Made by a program: the position numbers and the translations under genes. Of a stretch of DNA of 64,000 bases, positions 9,761 through 18,903 are shown in pieces. The notes below the pieces were generated by a model. That model was not told the DNA's origin and made no database searches. It was given only the letters and a program-made list of their open reading frames with translations. The stretch is from Polyangiaceae bacterium (GTDB taxonomy: Bacteria > Myxococcota_A > Polyangia > Polyangiales > Polyangiaceae), in the NCBI GenBank assembly GCA_044376115.1, contig JBILLK010000004.1:192001-256000 (forward strand), read 5' to 3'. Within the stretch, counting starts at the first letter, position 1. Every line of letters begins with the position of its first letter.

Positions 9761-9769
9761 CCCGACGAA

Positions 9770-10414
9770 TCACGCCTGCTGAGCGTTGACGTTGACCTTC
9801 TGACGATTGCCCACCACGAGGTTGAGCACTCGAACCGAGGCCTCGTTGATGTCGTCTTCGATCGACTGGGTCTGGCCATTGAGAATGGCGAAACCAATCA
9901 AACCGAACACGGCTACGGCCAAGCCGAACGCGGTGCAGTGCATGGCCTCCGAGATGCCTTGAGCGAGAATCGTAGCCTTCTGGCTCGGGTCGATCGACTG
10001 ACCGGCGACCGAAGCGAAGGATTTGATGAGACCCATCACGGTGCCGAACAGTGCGGCCAACATAGCGATGTTGGACAGCAGTGCGAGGTACGGCGTGCGG
10101 GCCGCAATCTTCGGAATCTCGTGAAGGGCAGCCTCGTCCATGGCGGCCTGAACCTCATCGTCCGGACGGTTCACCTTCACGAGACCAGCCTGGACAATCC
10201 GCGCCAGCGGAACGTTTGCGGCAGAACACATCTTGACCGCTTTCGGGATGTCGCCAGCGAGAATGCACTTCTGCATGGTCGCCAAGAACACGTCGCGGTT
10301 GATGGAGGCGCTGTAGAGAAAGATCGCGCGCTCGATCATGATTCCAAGGATGAACATCGAGCAGATCCCGATGGGGATCATGCCCCAGCCGCCCTCTTTA
10401 AAAAACTCCCACAT
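9770..10414 (-). CDS. aglR: MotA/TolQ/ExbB proton channel, AglR-like
   Basis: GGWGMIPI, LFGTVMGLI, KATILAQGISEAMHCTAFGL, DINEASVRVLNL resemble the recalled AglR sequence; start MWEFF after GGAGG. Confidence 0.8.
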   Translation of the reverse strand: MWEFFKEGGWGMIPIGICSMFILGIMIERAIFLYSASINRDVFLATMQKCILAGDIPKAVKMCSAANVPLARIVQAGLVKVNRPDDEVQAAMDEAALHEIPKIAARTPYLALLSNIAMLAALFGTVMGLIKSFASVAGQSIDPSQKATILAQGISEAMHCTAFGLAVAVFGLIGFAILNGQTQSIEDDINEASVRVLNLVVGNRQKVNVNAQQA

Positions 10415-10619
10415 TGTTGTCCTCCGACTCGCTCCACCCGAGGCCCGGTCATCCGGGGCGCTCACAATCCGCTTGCGACTGGCAAGCGAATTACTAGATC
10501 GATTGTTGCTGCGCTTGTTTTGTAAGAGCCTTGGCCCTTAAGGAAACCTGTCTTCGTCCCGTCCAGCGCTGTGGTGAGCGCTACGCGCTCTGCAGACTGG
10601 ATGGTCCGATGGGCGCGAG

Positions 10620-10649
10620 ACGCTAGCTGAGCGTCCCGTGCAGGCGCAA
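10620..10649 (-). promoter_or_regulatory. Candidate sigma70-type promoter for the leftward motor operon
   Basis: Minus strand TTGCGC-N18-TAGCGT. Confidence 0.35.
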
Positions 10650-10939
10650 GAGTTTAGGTTGGAGATTTTGGTTTTGATCCGCTCCAACCGGTGAGATGGA
10701 CCGAAGCCCGCCTACACCTCGCCGCGCGACCTGCGGGCCCAAGAAAAGCGTCGACATCTTTGCGAGTGCGACCCGCCAACGTCAACAAAGATTTGGCATC
10801 TTCTGCTCAATTCCAAAGATTCTTGCGCTTCGTATCACAGCATCGAAACTTTACGGTGGAGCAGGAACTCGGCCGCAATTTGAAAGCGCAACTCAAAGCT
10901 TCTTGCGGCCTCCTTCAAAAAGCAGGCGTGTTCCTCCAC

Positions 10940-10969
10940 TTGCACAAGCTTTCGCCAGACCGCTATAGT
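10940..10969 (+). promoter_or_regulatory. Candidate sigma70-type promoter for the rightward motor operon
   Basis: TTGCAC-N18-TATAGT about 80 nt upstream of ATG 11047. Confidence 0.55.
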
Positions 10970-11046
10970 CCCACCGGTCTTGAAACAACGCCTGCCATTT
11001 AACTCGAGCTCACGCAGCTAGGTGGGCGCAGAAAGGATCCTTGGGG

Positions 11047-11721
11047 ATGCGTCATCTCTTGATGTTGGCCTCTGAAGGCGGGGGCGCGAGCCTCGGCGAC
11101 GCGATTCGCGAAAACCCGTACTTCATCGTCCTCAATATCATCGTGTCCGCGATCGTCGTTGCGATCGTCATTGAACGCGTTTTGTTCCAGGTTCGACGCT
11201 ACGGCGTCAACGCGAAGGAATTTTTTGGACAGGTAAAAAAACTTGTGGTCGCGAACAACATCGACCGCGCCATTAAACTCTGCGAGGCGAGCGACTACCC
11301 CGTTCTGCAACTCGTCAAAGCTGGGCTCACGCACGCCAACAAGGGTGCAGATGAGATCGATGCAGCTCTGAACGAGAAGCTGTCGGAGCTCAAGCCGCAG
11401 GTCGACAAGCGCGTAGGTGTACTCTGGTCCCTCGCAAACATCGCAACGCTGATCGGCCTGGTTGGAACCGTCTCGGGTCTAATCGGAACGTTCGGTGCGA
11501 TCGCTGCTGAAGGTCTCTCGCCTGCCAAGAAGCAAGCGATGCTCTCCGCAGGTATCGCCGAAGCGATGTACAACACTCTCTTTGGCTTGGGCATCGCGGT
11601 TATCTGCATGATCGCCCACGTGTTCATTCAGACCCGCGCCAAGTCGATCAACCACGAGCTGGACTCGATCACGGAGCGAGTTTTCAACTTGCTCACTGTC
11701 AGCAACAAGGGCTCGTACTGA
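11047..11721 (+). CDS. MotA/TolQ/ExbB proton channel (second paralog)
   Basis: IGLVGTVSGLIGTF and GIAEAMYNTLFGL; AAAGGA RBS upstream. Confidence 0.9.
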   Translation: MRHLLMLASEGGGASLGDAIRENPYFIVLNIIVSAIVVAIVIERVLFQVRRYGVNAKEFFGQVKKLVVANNIDRAIKLCEASDYPVLQLVKAGLTHANKGADEIDAALNEKLSELKPQVDKRVGVLWSLANIATLIGLVGTVSGLIGTFGAIAAEGLSPAKKQAMLSAGIAEAMYNTLFGLGIAVICMIAHVFIQTRAKSINHELDSITERVFNLLTVSNKGSY

Positions 11722-11726
11722 GTTCC

Positions 11727-12308
11727 ATGGCGTCGGCGACTCAGTCTGAAGGAGGATCGCTCTCGGCTGCGCAGCGTTCGAAGATTCGACGCCTATCGCA
11801 GCCGAGGGAGCCGGATCCTGGCGAGGAAAGTGGCGAGCTCAACATCGTCCCTTACCTCGACATCATCATGAACGTACTCGTGTTCGTACTTGCGAGCGTG
11901 AGCGTGACGTTCCTAACTCAGCTCGACACCTCCCCTCCCGCGATCAGCGGCAAAACCAAAACAGCCGAGAACAAGGAGGCGCTTAACCTCACGGTGCTCA
12001 TCACCGATGAGGGCGTCGCCTTCAAGACGAGCTTTGGAGCCATCGCAACGGGCTGCAAAGGAACCGGTCGCGGCATGACCATCCCAACCACGAGCGGCAA
12101 GAAGGAGTACGATCTCGCCGCCGTTAAGGCCTGCGCTCGTCAGCTGAAGAGCCAGGCCGGTGATGGGCGTTTTGAGGAGGAAACCCAGGTGACCGTCACC
12201 GCATCCCGAGACATTGAGTACAAGTACTTGGTGGCGGTTCTCGACGCGATCCGCAGCGACGAACAAGGTGAGCTCTTTCCTGAGTTCCACCTGGGCGTTT
12301 CAAAGTGA
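11727..12308 (+). CDS. ExbD/TolR family protein
   Basis: GELNIVPYLDIIMNVLVF TM with Asp; C-terminal LVAVLDAIR. Confidence 0.88.
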   Translation: MASATQSEGGSLSAAQRSKIRRLSQPREPDPGEESGELNIVPYLDIIMNVLVFVLASVSVTFLTQLDTSPPAISGKTKTAENKEALNLTVLITDEGVAFKTSFGAIATGCKGTGRGMTIPTTSGKKEYDLAAVKACARQLKSQAGDGRFEEETQVTVTASRDIEYKYLVAVLDAIRSDEQGELFPEFHLGVSK

Positions 12309-12320
12309 GGACGGCTAGCC

Positions 12321-12938
12321 ATGAGTGATTCCAAAGCACCCGGGGCGTCGAGCCGCCCCGCGCCTCCGAAGGCGAGCTTGGCCGTGTTCAAAGCGGCGTT
12401 GCGCAAGTCCAAACGGCGCAACGAGCGAGAGCACGAGATCGACTTCTTGAACATCACCGCGATGCTCGATCTCATGACCATCGTGCTGGTGTTCGTGCTC
12501 AAGAGCTTGGCCGCTAGCACGACCAGCATCCCTCAGAATGAAGACCTTCAGCTGCCGGCCAGCGTTTTGGCCGTAGAGCCTGGCGAAGAAGGCGTCATCA
12601 TTCGTATCTCCAAGACGCAGATCTCGGTCGGCGATGAAGAAGAACCGATCGTCGAGTACTCCGATTCGCGCCAACTCGGTCAGACCGGCCTCGATGCGCG
12701 TCACAAGCGCAACGGCCCGAACGATCTTTACATCAACCCGCTCGCGTTGGTTCTTCAGAAGTATCGCGAGAATGACCGTCAGATTCGACTGCAAACCAAG
12801 AAGGACGCGTCCACCTCGGAAGCCATCATCGTGGCCGACGAAGACACTCCCTACCGGTTGCTGTTCGAGGTTCTCTACACGGCTGGCCAGTGCGAATTCG
12901 GCAAGTACCACTTGCTCATGCGCACCGGAAAGAAGTGA
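12321..12938 (+). CDS. ExbD/TolR family protein
   Basis: LNITAMLDLMTIVLVFVLKS; IVADEDTPYRLLFEVLYTAGQ. Confidence 0.88.
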   Translation: MSDSKAPGASSRPAPPKASLAVFKAALRKSKRRNEREHEIDFLNITAMLDLMTIVLVFVLKSLAASTTSIPQNEDLQLPASVLAVEPGEEGVIIRISKTQISVGDEEEPIVEYSDSRQLGQTGLDARHKRNGPNDLYINPLALVLQKYRENDRQIRLQTKKDASTSEAIIVADEDTPYRLLFEVLYTAGQCEFGKYHLLMRTGKK

Positions 12939-12989
12939 TTGCGGATGCCCCGCCTCCTCCCCGCGGAGCCATAGAACCGCGGGGGTGAG

Positions 12990-14417
12990 TTGAATCGGTT
13001 TACGTTTCGAGAAAAGCTGGTCGCGAGTCACTTCGGTTTAGTGCTCGTGGCCTTTTTTCTTGTGGCCATTCTGCTCGAGCGCTCGTTGGCCGCCGACCTC
13101 GAGGCAGAACGTGACCAGCGTCTGCTCGAGCAGGCTCGCGGAGCCGGAGATTGGGTTAGCTCGACGCGCCACCCCAACCGCGTTGCGGGGCGATTAGCGC
13201 AAGTGGTCCAGTCGGAGGTGGTGATTTTCGACCGCGACAACTGCATCGTTGGGTCCTCGGTTCCCGACGCCGATCCACTGACTGAAGGCACGCCGTGTGT
13301 GGCGCCTGAAGAGGTGATCGATGCCCGTGCGCTCGGGCGCGGCTCGGTGGAGCGGATGCGCGCCGGCGATCGCATGCACTACGTCGCGATCCCTTCTGCT
13401 GATGGTTTGGTCGTCCGCTTGGCCCGTTCGAGTCGGGACATTGAAGGGCCGCTGGGCGAGATGCGCCTGCGACTTGCCATCGCGATGGTGGTAGCGTTGG
13501 TGCTCGCTCTCGGCCTCGCGCTGTTGGCGTCCCGCTTGGTAGCAAGGCCGTTGCGAGCAATGGCGCTCGAGGCGTCGCGTATTGCACAGGGCGACTATGA
13601 GCCGCATTTTCCGTCTTTGCCGAAGGATGAGTTCGGCCAACTCGCGGGCGTACTTTCGGCCTTGGCTCAAACCCTCAAGGCCGACCTCGAGCGAATCAGC
13701 AAACTGGAGCTCACTCGACGCGACTTTGTAGCGAACGTCACTCACGAGCTGAGGACCCCCGTAGCGGCCATCCAAGGTTGCGCAGAAACCCTGATGAACG
13801 GCGCGCTCGATCGTGAACAGCAGCTTCACTTTGTGCAGCTGCTTCACAAACACGCCCAGCGAATACACGCCTTGGTGGAGGGCTTGCTGCAGCTCTCCAA
13901 GATCGAAGCCGAGCCGCGCGCAGACGTTCCGCGTGAGCCGCTCGACGTGTACGTGGTTGCCGCCAACGTTCTCGAAACAATGTCGGCAAAAGCGGCTGCC
14001 CGCAGAGTGAAGCTCGAGAACGCAGTGCCGCCCGGCCTACAGATTTTCGGCGATGAAACGCGGTTGGAGCAGGTGTTCGAGAATCTCGTGGAGAACGCCA
14101 TCAAGTACGGTCGCGACAAGGGCGTGATTCGTTTGACCGCCGAGGCGGATGAAAAGCGTGTGGTGATTGCTATCTCGGACGACGGGCCTGGCATTGAAGC
14201 GGTTCACCTGCCTCGCGTCTTCGAGCGGTTTTACCGCATCGACTCGGGGCGGAGCCGAGACCGCGGAGGCGCCGGGTTGGGGCTCGCCATCGTCAAACAC
14301 CTTGTCGAGTCGATGGGGGGAGCGATCGCTGTCACGAGCGACCACGGCGCGACCTTCACGCTAACGTTTCCGCGAGAACCTGGCGGGCCTGCGTCTCGCA
14401 GGGCGATCGCTTCGTGA
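12990..14417 (+). CDS. Membrane sensor histidine kinase (HAMP-HisKA-HATPase), PhoR-like
   Basis: Two TMs, HAMP, H-box FVANVTHELRTP, N-box NLVENAIKY, G-boxes DDGPGI and GGAGLGLAIVKH. Confidence 0.92.
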   Translation: MNRFTFREKLVASHFGLVLVAFFLVAILLERSLAADLEAERDQRLLEQARGAGDWVSSTRHPNRVAGRLAQVVQSEVVIFDRDNCIVGSSVPDADPLTEGTPCVAPEEVIDARALGRGSVERMRAGDRMHYVAIPSADGLVVRLARSSRDIEGPLGEMRLRLAIAMVVALVLALGLALLASRLVARPLRAMALEASRIAQGDYEPHFPSLPKDEFGQLAGVLSALAQTLKADLERISKLELTRRDFVANVTHELRTPVAAIQGCAETLMNGALDREQQLHFVQLLHKHAQRIHALVEGLLQLSKIEAEPRADVPREPLDVYVVAANVLETMSAKAAARRVKLENAVPPGLQIFGDETRLEQVFENLVENAIKYGRDKGVIRLTAEADEKRVVIAISDDGPGIEAVHLPRVFERFYRIDSGRSRDRGGAGLGLAIVKHLVESMGGAIAVTSDHGATFTLTFPREPGGPASRRAIAS

Positions 14418-14476
14418 CGAAATTCTGACCGACCGTGACCCCAATACAACGTGGTCGCGAGCATGCTGCGCCGGGT

Positions 14477-15274
14477 ATGGCGATCGTCCTCTCGTTCTTT
14501 ATCGGCCACTGGCTGCTGTCCGTCTTCATGCAGACCTTCTTCCTGCATCGCTACGGCGCCCACCGCATGTTCTCGATGTCGCCTCGGGCTGAGCGCGTCT
14601 TTCACTTTTTGACCTTCCTGTTTCAGGGGTCGAGCTACTTGAACCCGCGCGGCTACGCGATCTTGCATCGCGAACACCACGCCTACTCGGATGGTCCCCA
14701 GGACCCGCATTCGCCGCACTCATCGAACGGTTTCGTCGACATGAACGTCAAGACCGCGACTCGCTACGCAGGCTTGTGGTCTGGCAGCATCCAGCCAGAG
14801 GAGCGATTCACGGGCGGTTACCCGAGCTGGCCGGCGTTGGAGAAGGTCGGGGATTCGTGGCTCACGCGGCTCGCTTTCGGCGCCGCCTACGCGATTCCCT
14901 ACATCCTCTGGGCGCCGCACTGGGCGTTCTTTGCCCTGCTGCCCATGCACTGGTTCATGGGCCCGCTGCACGGTGCCATCGTCAATTGGTGCGGTCACAA
15001 GTACGGCTACAGGAACTTCTCGACCCGCGACAAGAGCCGCAACTCGCTGCCCTTCGACTTCGTGACGATGGGTGAACTGTTCCAGAACAACCACCACCGC
15101 TATGGCCAGGCCCTCAACTTCGCAGCGCGCTCCTGGGAGTTCGACCCGGCCTATTGGGTGATTCGCGTCTTCGCCGACATGGGCTGGGTACGCATCAGCA
15201 AAGAGCAGGAGATGCGGCTCGAGGAAGCCTACGTAGAGCCCGACGACGCTTCCCTTGCCGAAGGTGCGGAGTGA
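14477..15274 (+). CDS. Membrane acyl-CoA (delta-9-like) fatty acid desaturase
   Basis: His boxes HRYGAH, HREHH and GELFQNNHH; DPHSP motif. Confidence 0.9.
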   Translation: MAIVLSFFIGHWLLSVFMQTFFLHRYGAHRMFSMSPRAERVFHFLTFLFQGSSYLNPRGYAILHREHHAYSDGPQDPHSPHSSNGFVDMNVKTATRYAGLWSGSIQPEERFTGGYPSWPALEKVGDSWLTRLAFGAAYAIPYILWAPHWAFFALLPMHWFMGPLHGAIVNWCGHKYGYRNFSTRDKSRNSLPFDFVTMGELFQNNHHRYGQALNFAARSWEFDPAYWVIRVFADMGWVRISKEQEMRLEEAYVEPDDASLAEGAE

Positions 15275-15292
15275 CCCGTACGCTCTTAGGCG

Positions 15293-16597
15293 TTGCGCGC
15301 TGAGCCTCCTTCCGAAGACGCCCTCGAGGGGACGGTCCTAGCCGATACCTACAGCATTCACCGCAAGCTGTCCGCTGGTGGGATGGGGGTCGTGTACGAG
15401 GCGGAACACCTCATCACTCGGCGCAAAGTAGCGATCAAGCTGTTGCGCGCCGAGTTGGTTGAGCGCCGCGAGGTGCGCGAGCGAGTGCTTCGCGAGGCCC
15501 GGCTGATGGCCTCGCTGCGCAGTCCGCACGTCGTGGAGGTGTTTGACGCAGGGGTCGGCCCGACCGGTTCGCCGTTTCTCGTAATGGAGCGGCTCGTTGG
15601 TCGAGACTTGCGCTCGGTTCTCGCCGACAAAGGCACCCTCCCGATCGACGAGGCGGTACACTTGGCGCGCCAAGTTTGTGTCGGGCTAGCCCATGTGCAC
15701 GAGCACGGAATCGTGCACCGCGATCTGAAGCCCGCCAACCTGTTCCTGGCCGAGACGGATCACGGGCCGGAGCTGAAGATCCTCGATTTTGGCGTTTCAA
15801 AACTCGATAGCCCGCTCGAGCACACGCTCACCTCGCCCGAGCTCGTCCTTGGCTCGCCCCACTATATGGCGCCGGAACAGCTCGAGGCGTCTCACTCTGC
15901 CGACGCTCGATCGGATTTGTGGTCGGTGGGCGTCCTTCTCTATCGCATGATCAGCGGCGGCTTTCCGCTGGGCGGGCAGCACGCAGGGGACGTACTGGTG
16001 TCGCTCTTGAGGGATACGCCGCGTCGCTTGCTCGATGTTGTGCCCAATCTAGATCCGGCTCTCTCCGAGATCGTCAGTCGCTGTTTGGAGCGCAACCCTG
16101 CCCTGCGCTACCAATCGGCGCGCGAGCTGGAGTTGGACCTCGCGCAACAAGCGCCTGTTCCCACCTCGACGACGGCCCCTGTGAGTGAGCCGCGCGAGCC
16201 GACCCCAGCGCCGGCACTACCTGCAACGAGCGTCGAGCTGACACCGCCACCCGCGCCCAGCTCACAACCAGCAGTCGAGCTAGCGATACCGGGTAACGCC
16301 AAACGCCTTCGAGTCCTTGCCGTGGGCGGCGTTGCTCTCGCGTTCGTCCTGGTTGGCCTTTCCTTCTACGTTGGCTACCAATGGCGTGGAGCGCCAACCC
16401 CTGCCCTTCCCGTGACTGCGCCCATTCCAGCGAAGTCGGCGGAGCTTGGGCCAATGGATGCTCCAGCCAGCGTAGCGACAACCGCGAGCGCCGCGCCATC
16501 GAGCGTGGCGACCTCGAGCGCCAGCGTCGAGAAGCCAGCCTCCGCTAACCGACCGCGCCCGCGACCGGTGCAGGATCTGTACAACGACCGGCTCTGA
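15293..16597 (+). CDS. Membrane Ser/Thr protein kinase
   Basis: GGMGVVY, VAIK, HRDLKPAN, DFG, YMAPE; Pro-rich linker and TM. Confidence 0.92.
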   Translation: MRAEPPSEDALEGTVLADTYSIHRKLSAGGMGVVYEAEHLITRRKVAIKLLRAELVERREVRERVLREARLMASLRSPHVVEVFDAGVGPTGSPFLVMERLVGRDLRSVLADKGTLPIDEAVHLARQVCVGLAHVHEHGIVHRDLKPANLFLAETDHGPELKILDFGVSKLDSPLEHTLTSPELVLGSPHYMAPEQLEASHSADARSDLWSVGVLLYRMISGGFPLGGQHAGDVLVSLLRDTPRRLLDVVPNLDPALSEIVSRCLERNPALRYQSARELELDLAQQAPVPTSTTAPVSEPREPTPAPALPATSVELTPPPAPSSQPAVELAIPGNAKRLRVLAVGGVALAFVLVGLSFYVGYQWRGAPTPALPVTAPIPAKSAELGPMDAPASVATTASAAPSSVATSSASVEKPASANRPRPRPVQDLYNDRL

Positions 16598-16645
16598 CCC
16601 CGACTTCGGGCCGCGAGTGACGTGTGTTAAAAGGGAGGTCGTTCG

Positions 16646-17647
16646 ATGTCGACCGCTGCCCGCAGACTCGGCAATGTCCGAAGGAGCTCCGTGAGCGGGA
16701 AGGCGATCTTGTGCGCCACGATGGTGCTTGCGTTGGTCTGCGCCCTAATCAAAACGACCCCAGCGGAGGCAGCCAGCGCGCAAGAAAAAGCGCTGGCGGA
16801 GTCGCTGTTCAAGGAAGGCAAAGCGCTGCTGAGCAAGGACCCAACGAAGGCCTGCGAAAAGCTCGCCGAGAGCCAGCGGCTCGATCCAGCTTCGGGGACC
16901 GCGCTCAACCTCGCCGATTGTCAGGAGAAGCTTGGGCGTCTGGCCACAGCCTTCGGTACCTACCAAATCGCCGAGGAGTTGGCTCGCGAACGCAACAACA
17001 GCGCGCGCGTTGCGCTGATTAAAAAGAAGCTGAAGGCACTGGAGCCGAAGATCCCGCATTTGCGGCTGGTCGCCTCAACGCCACTGCCGGCGGGCGCGGT
17101 GCTCAGCTTGGACGGTACTACCTTGGGTGTCGCGGCGATCGGCACGCAGCTCGCGGTGGACCCCGGCAAACATCTGCTCGAGGTTCGGGCTGAAGGCTTT
17201 GAACCCTTCGCCAAAGAGCTGCAGATCGTTGAGGGCGCGAACAGCGAAGAGGAGTGCGGCCCGCTCAAGCGCTTGCCCGAGGCGCCGAAGCCGGAAGCAC
17301 CAAGGGCAACCTGGCCCCTGCCCGCTTTCGTGGCGACCGCAGGCGTTGCGGCCGTAGGGCTCGGTTTCGGGATTGGTAGCGGCGTGCGGGCCCTCGATTT
17401 GGGGGCGGTCGTTGCTGCTGAGTGTCCCGAGAACGCGTGTACGCCGGCCGGGCTCGACGCCCTTTCGGAGGGCAACCGCTTCGCGACCGTCTCCAACGTT
17501 GCGTTCGTCCTGGCAGGCGTATTTGGTGCGGCCGCGACCACGTTCCTGGTACTCGAGTTCGTGTTGCAACCCAATGAGGTGCAGCTCGAGGTCGGTCTGA
17601 GCGGTGGGCCATCGGAGATCGGCGGAACGATCGGTGGGTCGTTCTAG
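16646..17647 (+). CDS. TPR-PEGA domain membrane protein
   Basis: ACEKLAESQRLDPASGTALNLADC TPR, PEGA-like VDPGKHLLEVRAEG, C-terminal hydrophobic segments; exact start uncertain. Confidence 0.8.
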   Translation: MSTAARRLGNVRRSSVSGKAILCATMVLALVCALIKTTPAEAASAQEKALAESLFKEGKALLSKDPTKACEKLAESQRLDPASGTALNLADCQEKLGRLATAFGTYQIAEELARERNNSARVALIKKKLKALEPKIPHLRLVASTPLPAGAVLSLDGTTLGVAAIGTQLAVDPGKHLLEVRAEGFEPFAKELQIVEGANSEEECGPLKRLPEAPKPEAPRATWPLPAFVATAGVAAVGLGFGIGSGVRALDLGAVVAAECPENACTPAGLDALSEGNRFATVSNVAFVLAGVFGAAATTFLVLEFVLQPNEVQLEVGLSGGPSEIGGTIGGSF

Positions 17648-17687
17648 CGCGCACCTCGACGTTCGGATTCGGCTAAGCTTGCTTGGC

Positions 17688-18818
17688 TTGAAGTCGCGTT
17701 TTGCATGCTTGTTGCTCACCGTTGGCTGCCACGCCGTGGCCGGTCTCGAGGGCGATTTCGTCGCACAGGCCGGCGCTGGTGAAGGCGGCGCTGGCGCGAC
17801 CTCGGCCACCGGCGGCGGCGGAGAAGCGGGCGCTCCGCTGACCTGCGAGCTCGTGCTCCCGCCGGTAAAACCAGCCGCAGCCGACACCGGCACGAGCACC
17901 TTCACGGTGGCGGTGCGCAACGTTTACTTGGGCGAAGACGCAGAGGCCGTGCCCGGGTTCGATCTCGATGGGCGCTGCACCTGTAACGCGGAGGGGGATA
18001 TTGATCGAACGTTTGCGACGAGCTGCGCCGCTCCGCCGGGGGCGAGCGACGTCGACGCTTGCGACGCAGCCGGCGGCGTGGACACGCAAGCCGCAAAGCT
18101 GTTCAAGCAGCTCGGCGTCGCAGGCTTCGATAGCTCCAATATGTCGAACGGCGCCAACGACGGTGCCTGGTCCCTGCTGCTTCGGGTCGAGGGCTACAAC
18201 GAGCAAGCCGACGACTCGGAGGTGACCGTGAGCGCGTTCAACACCCTGCCCACCGACCCGCCGCTGTGGGACGGGCTCGACGAACTGCCTGTCGATCCGG
18301 AGTCGCTCGTCGACGGGACGTCGCTCGATCAGCCGAAGAACACGACGACCAAAGCCTATGTTGCCAACCACACGCTCGTCGTTTCACTGGAGGAGGCCGT
18401 GATCGTGCTGCGCGATCCCAACGGCTCCGCCTTACGAGTAGATCTCGATGGAGCCTTCTTCATCGCGACGATCGAGCCGACTGCAACGGGCCTTGGCCTC
18501 CGCAACGGGGTCGCCACAGGGAAGTGGCCCGCGAGCGAGCTCTTCAAGTCGTTCGACGACTTTCGCGTGGACCCAGTGGGAGCCATCTGCACCGACGATC
18601 CCACGTTCATCATTCTCCAAAAGAAGATTTGCGAGAGCCTCGATATCAACGCTGGCTCCCCCAACCCCGTCGAGACCTGCGATGCGCTTTCCTTCAGCAT
18701 CGCATTTGATGCAGATCCGGCTGTGGTCGGGGCACCCGTGACCGTGACGCAGCCTTCCGACGGCTGTCCGCCGGAGACCTTACCGTCGACCGCTTCGTGT
18801 TCCTTTCTAAGCAACTGA
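17688..18818 (+). CDS. Cys-rich acidic lipoprotein
   Basis: TTG start gives MKSRFACLLLTVGC lipobox; Gly-rich linker; GFDLDGRCTC motif. Confidence 0.72.
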   Translation: MKSRFACLLLTVGCHAVAGLEGDFVAQAGAGEGGAGATSATGGGGEAGAPLTCELVLPPVKPAAADTGTSTFTVAVRNVYLGEDAEAVPGFDLDGRCTCNAEGDIDRTFATSCAAPPGASDVDACDAAGGVDTQAAKLFKQLGVAGFDSSNMSNGANDGAWSLLLRVEGYNEQADDSEVTVSAFNTLPTDPPLWDGLDELPVDPESLVDGTSLDQPKNTTTKAYVANHTLVVSLEEAVIVLRDPNGSALRVDLDGAFFIATIEPTATGLGLRNGVATGKWPASELFKSFDDFRVDPVGAICTDDPTFIILQKKICESLDINAGSPNPVETCDALSFSIAFDADPAVVGAPVTVTQPSDGCPPETLPSTASCSFLSN

Positions 18819-18840
18819 AAAGGTTGCACCGCCGCAAGCG

Positions 18841-18875
18841 AAAAACCGCCGAACGCCCGAAAGCGTCCGACGGTT
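18841..18875 (-). terminator. Intrinsic terminator downstream of the MCP gene
   Basis: Minus strand AACCGTCGGACGC-TTTCGG-GCGTTCGGCGGTT followed by TTT. Confidence 0.7.
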
Positions 18876-18903
18876 CATCGAGGTTGGGACCTTTGGAGGC
18901 GCG

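Noticed and set aside
10792..10808. TTGGCATCTTCTGC as a sigma54 promoter
   Set aside because: GG-to-GC spacing is 8 nt rather than the required 10.
10691..11002. 103-aa and 90-aa ORFs in the divergent motor intergenic region
   Set aside because: No clear RBS or motif, atypical composition, and they overlap the promoter candidate.
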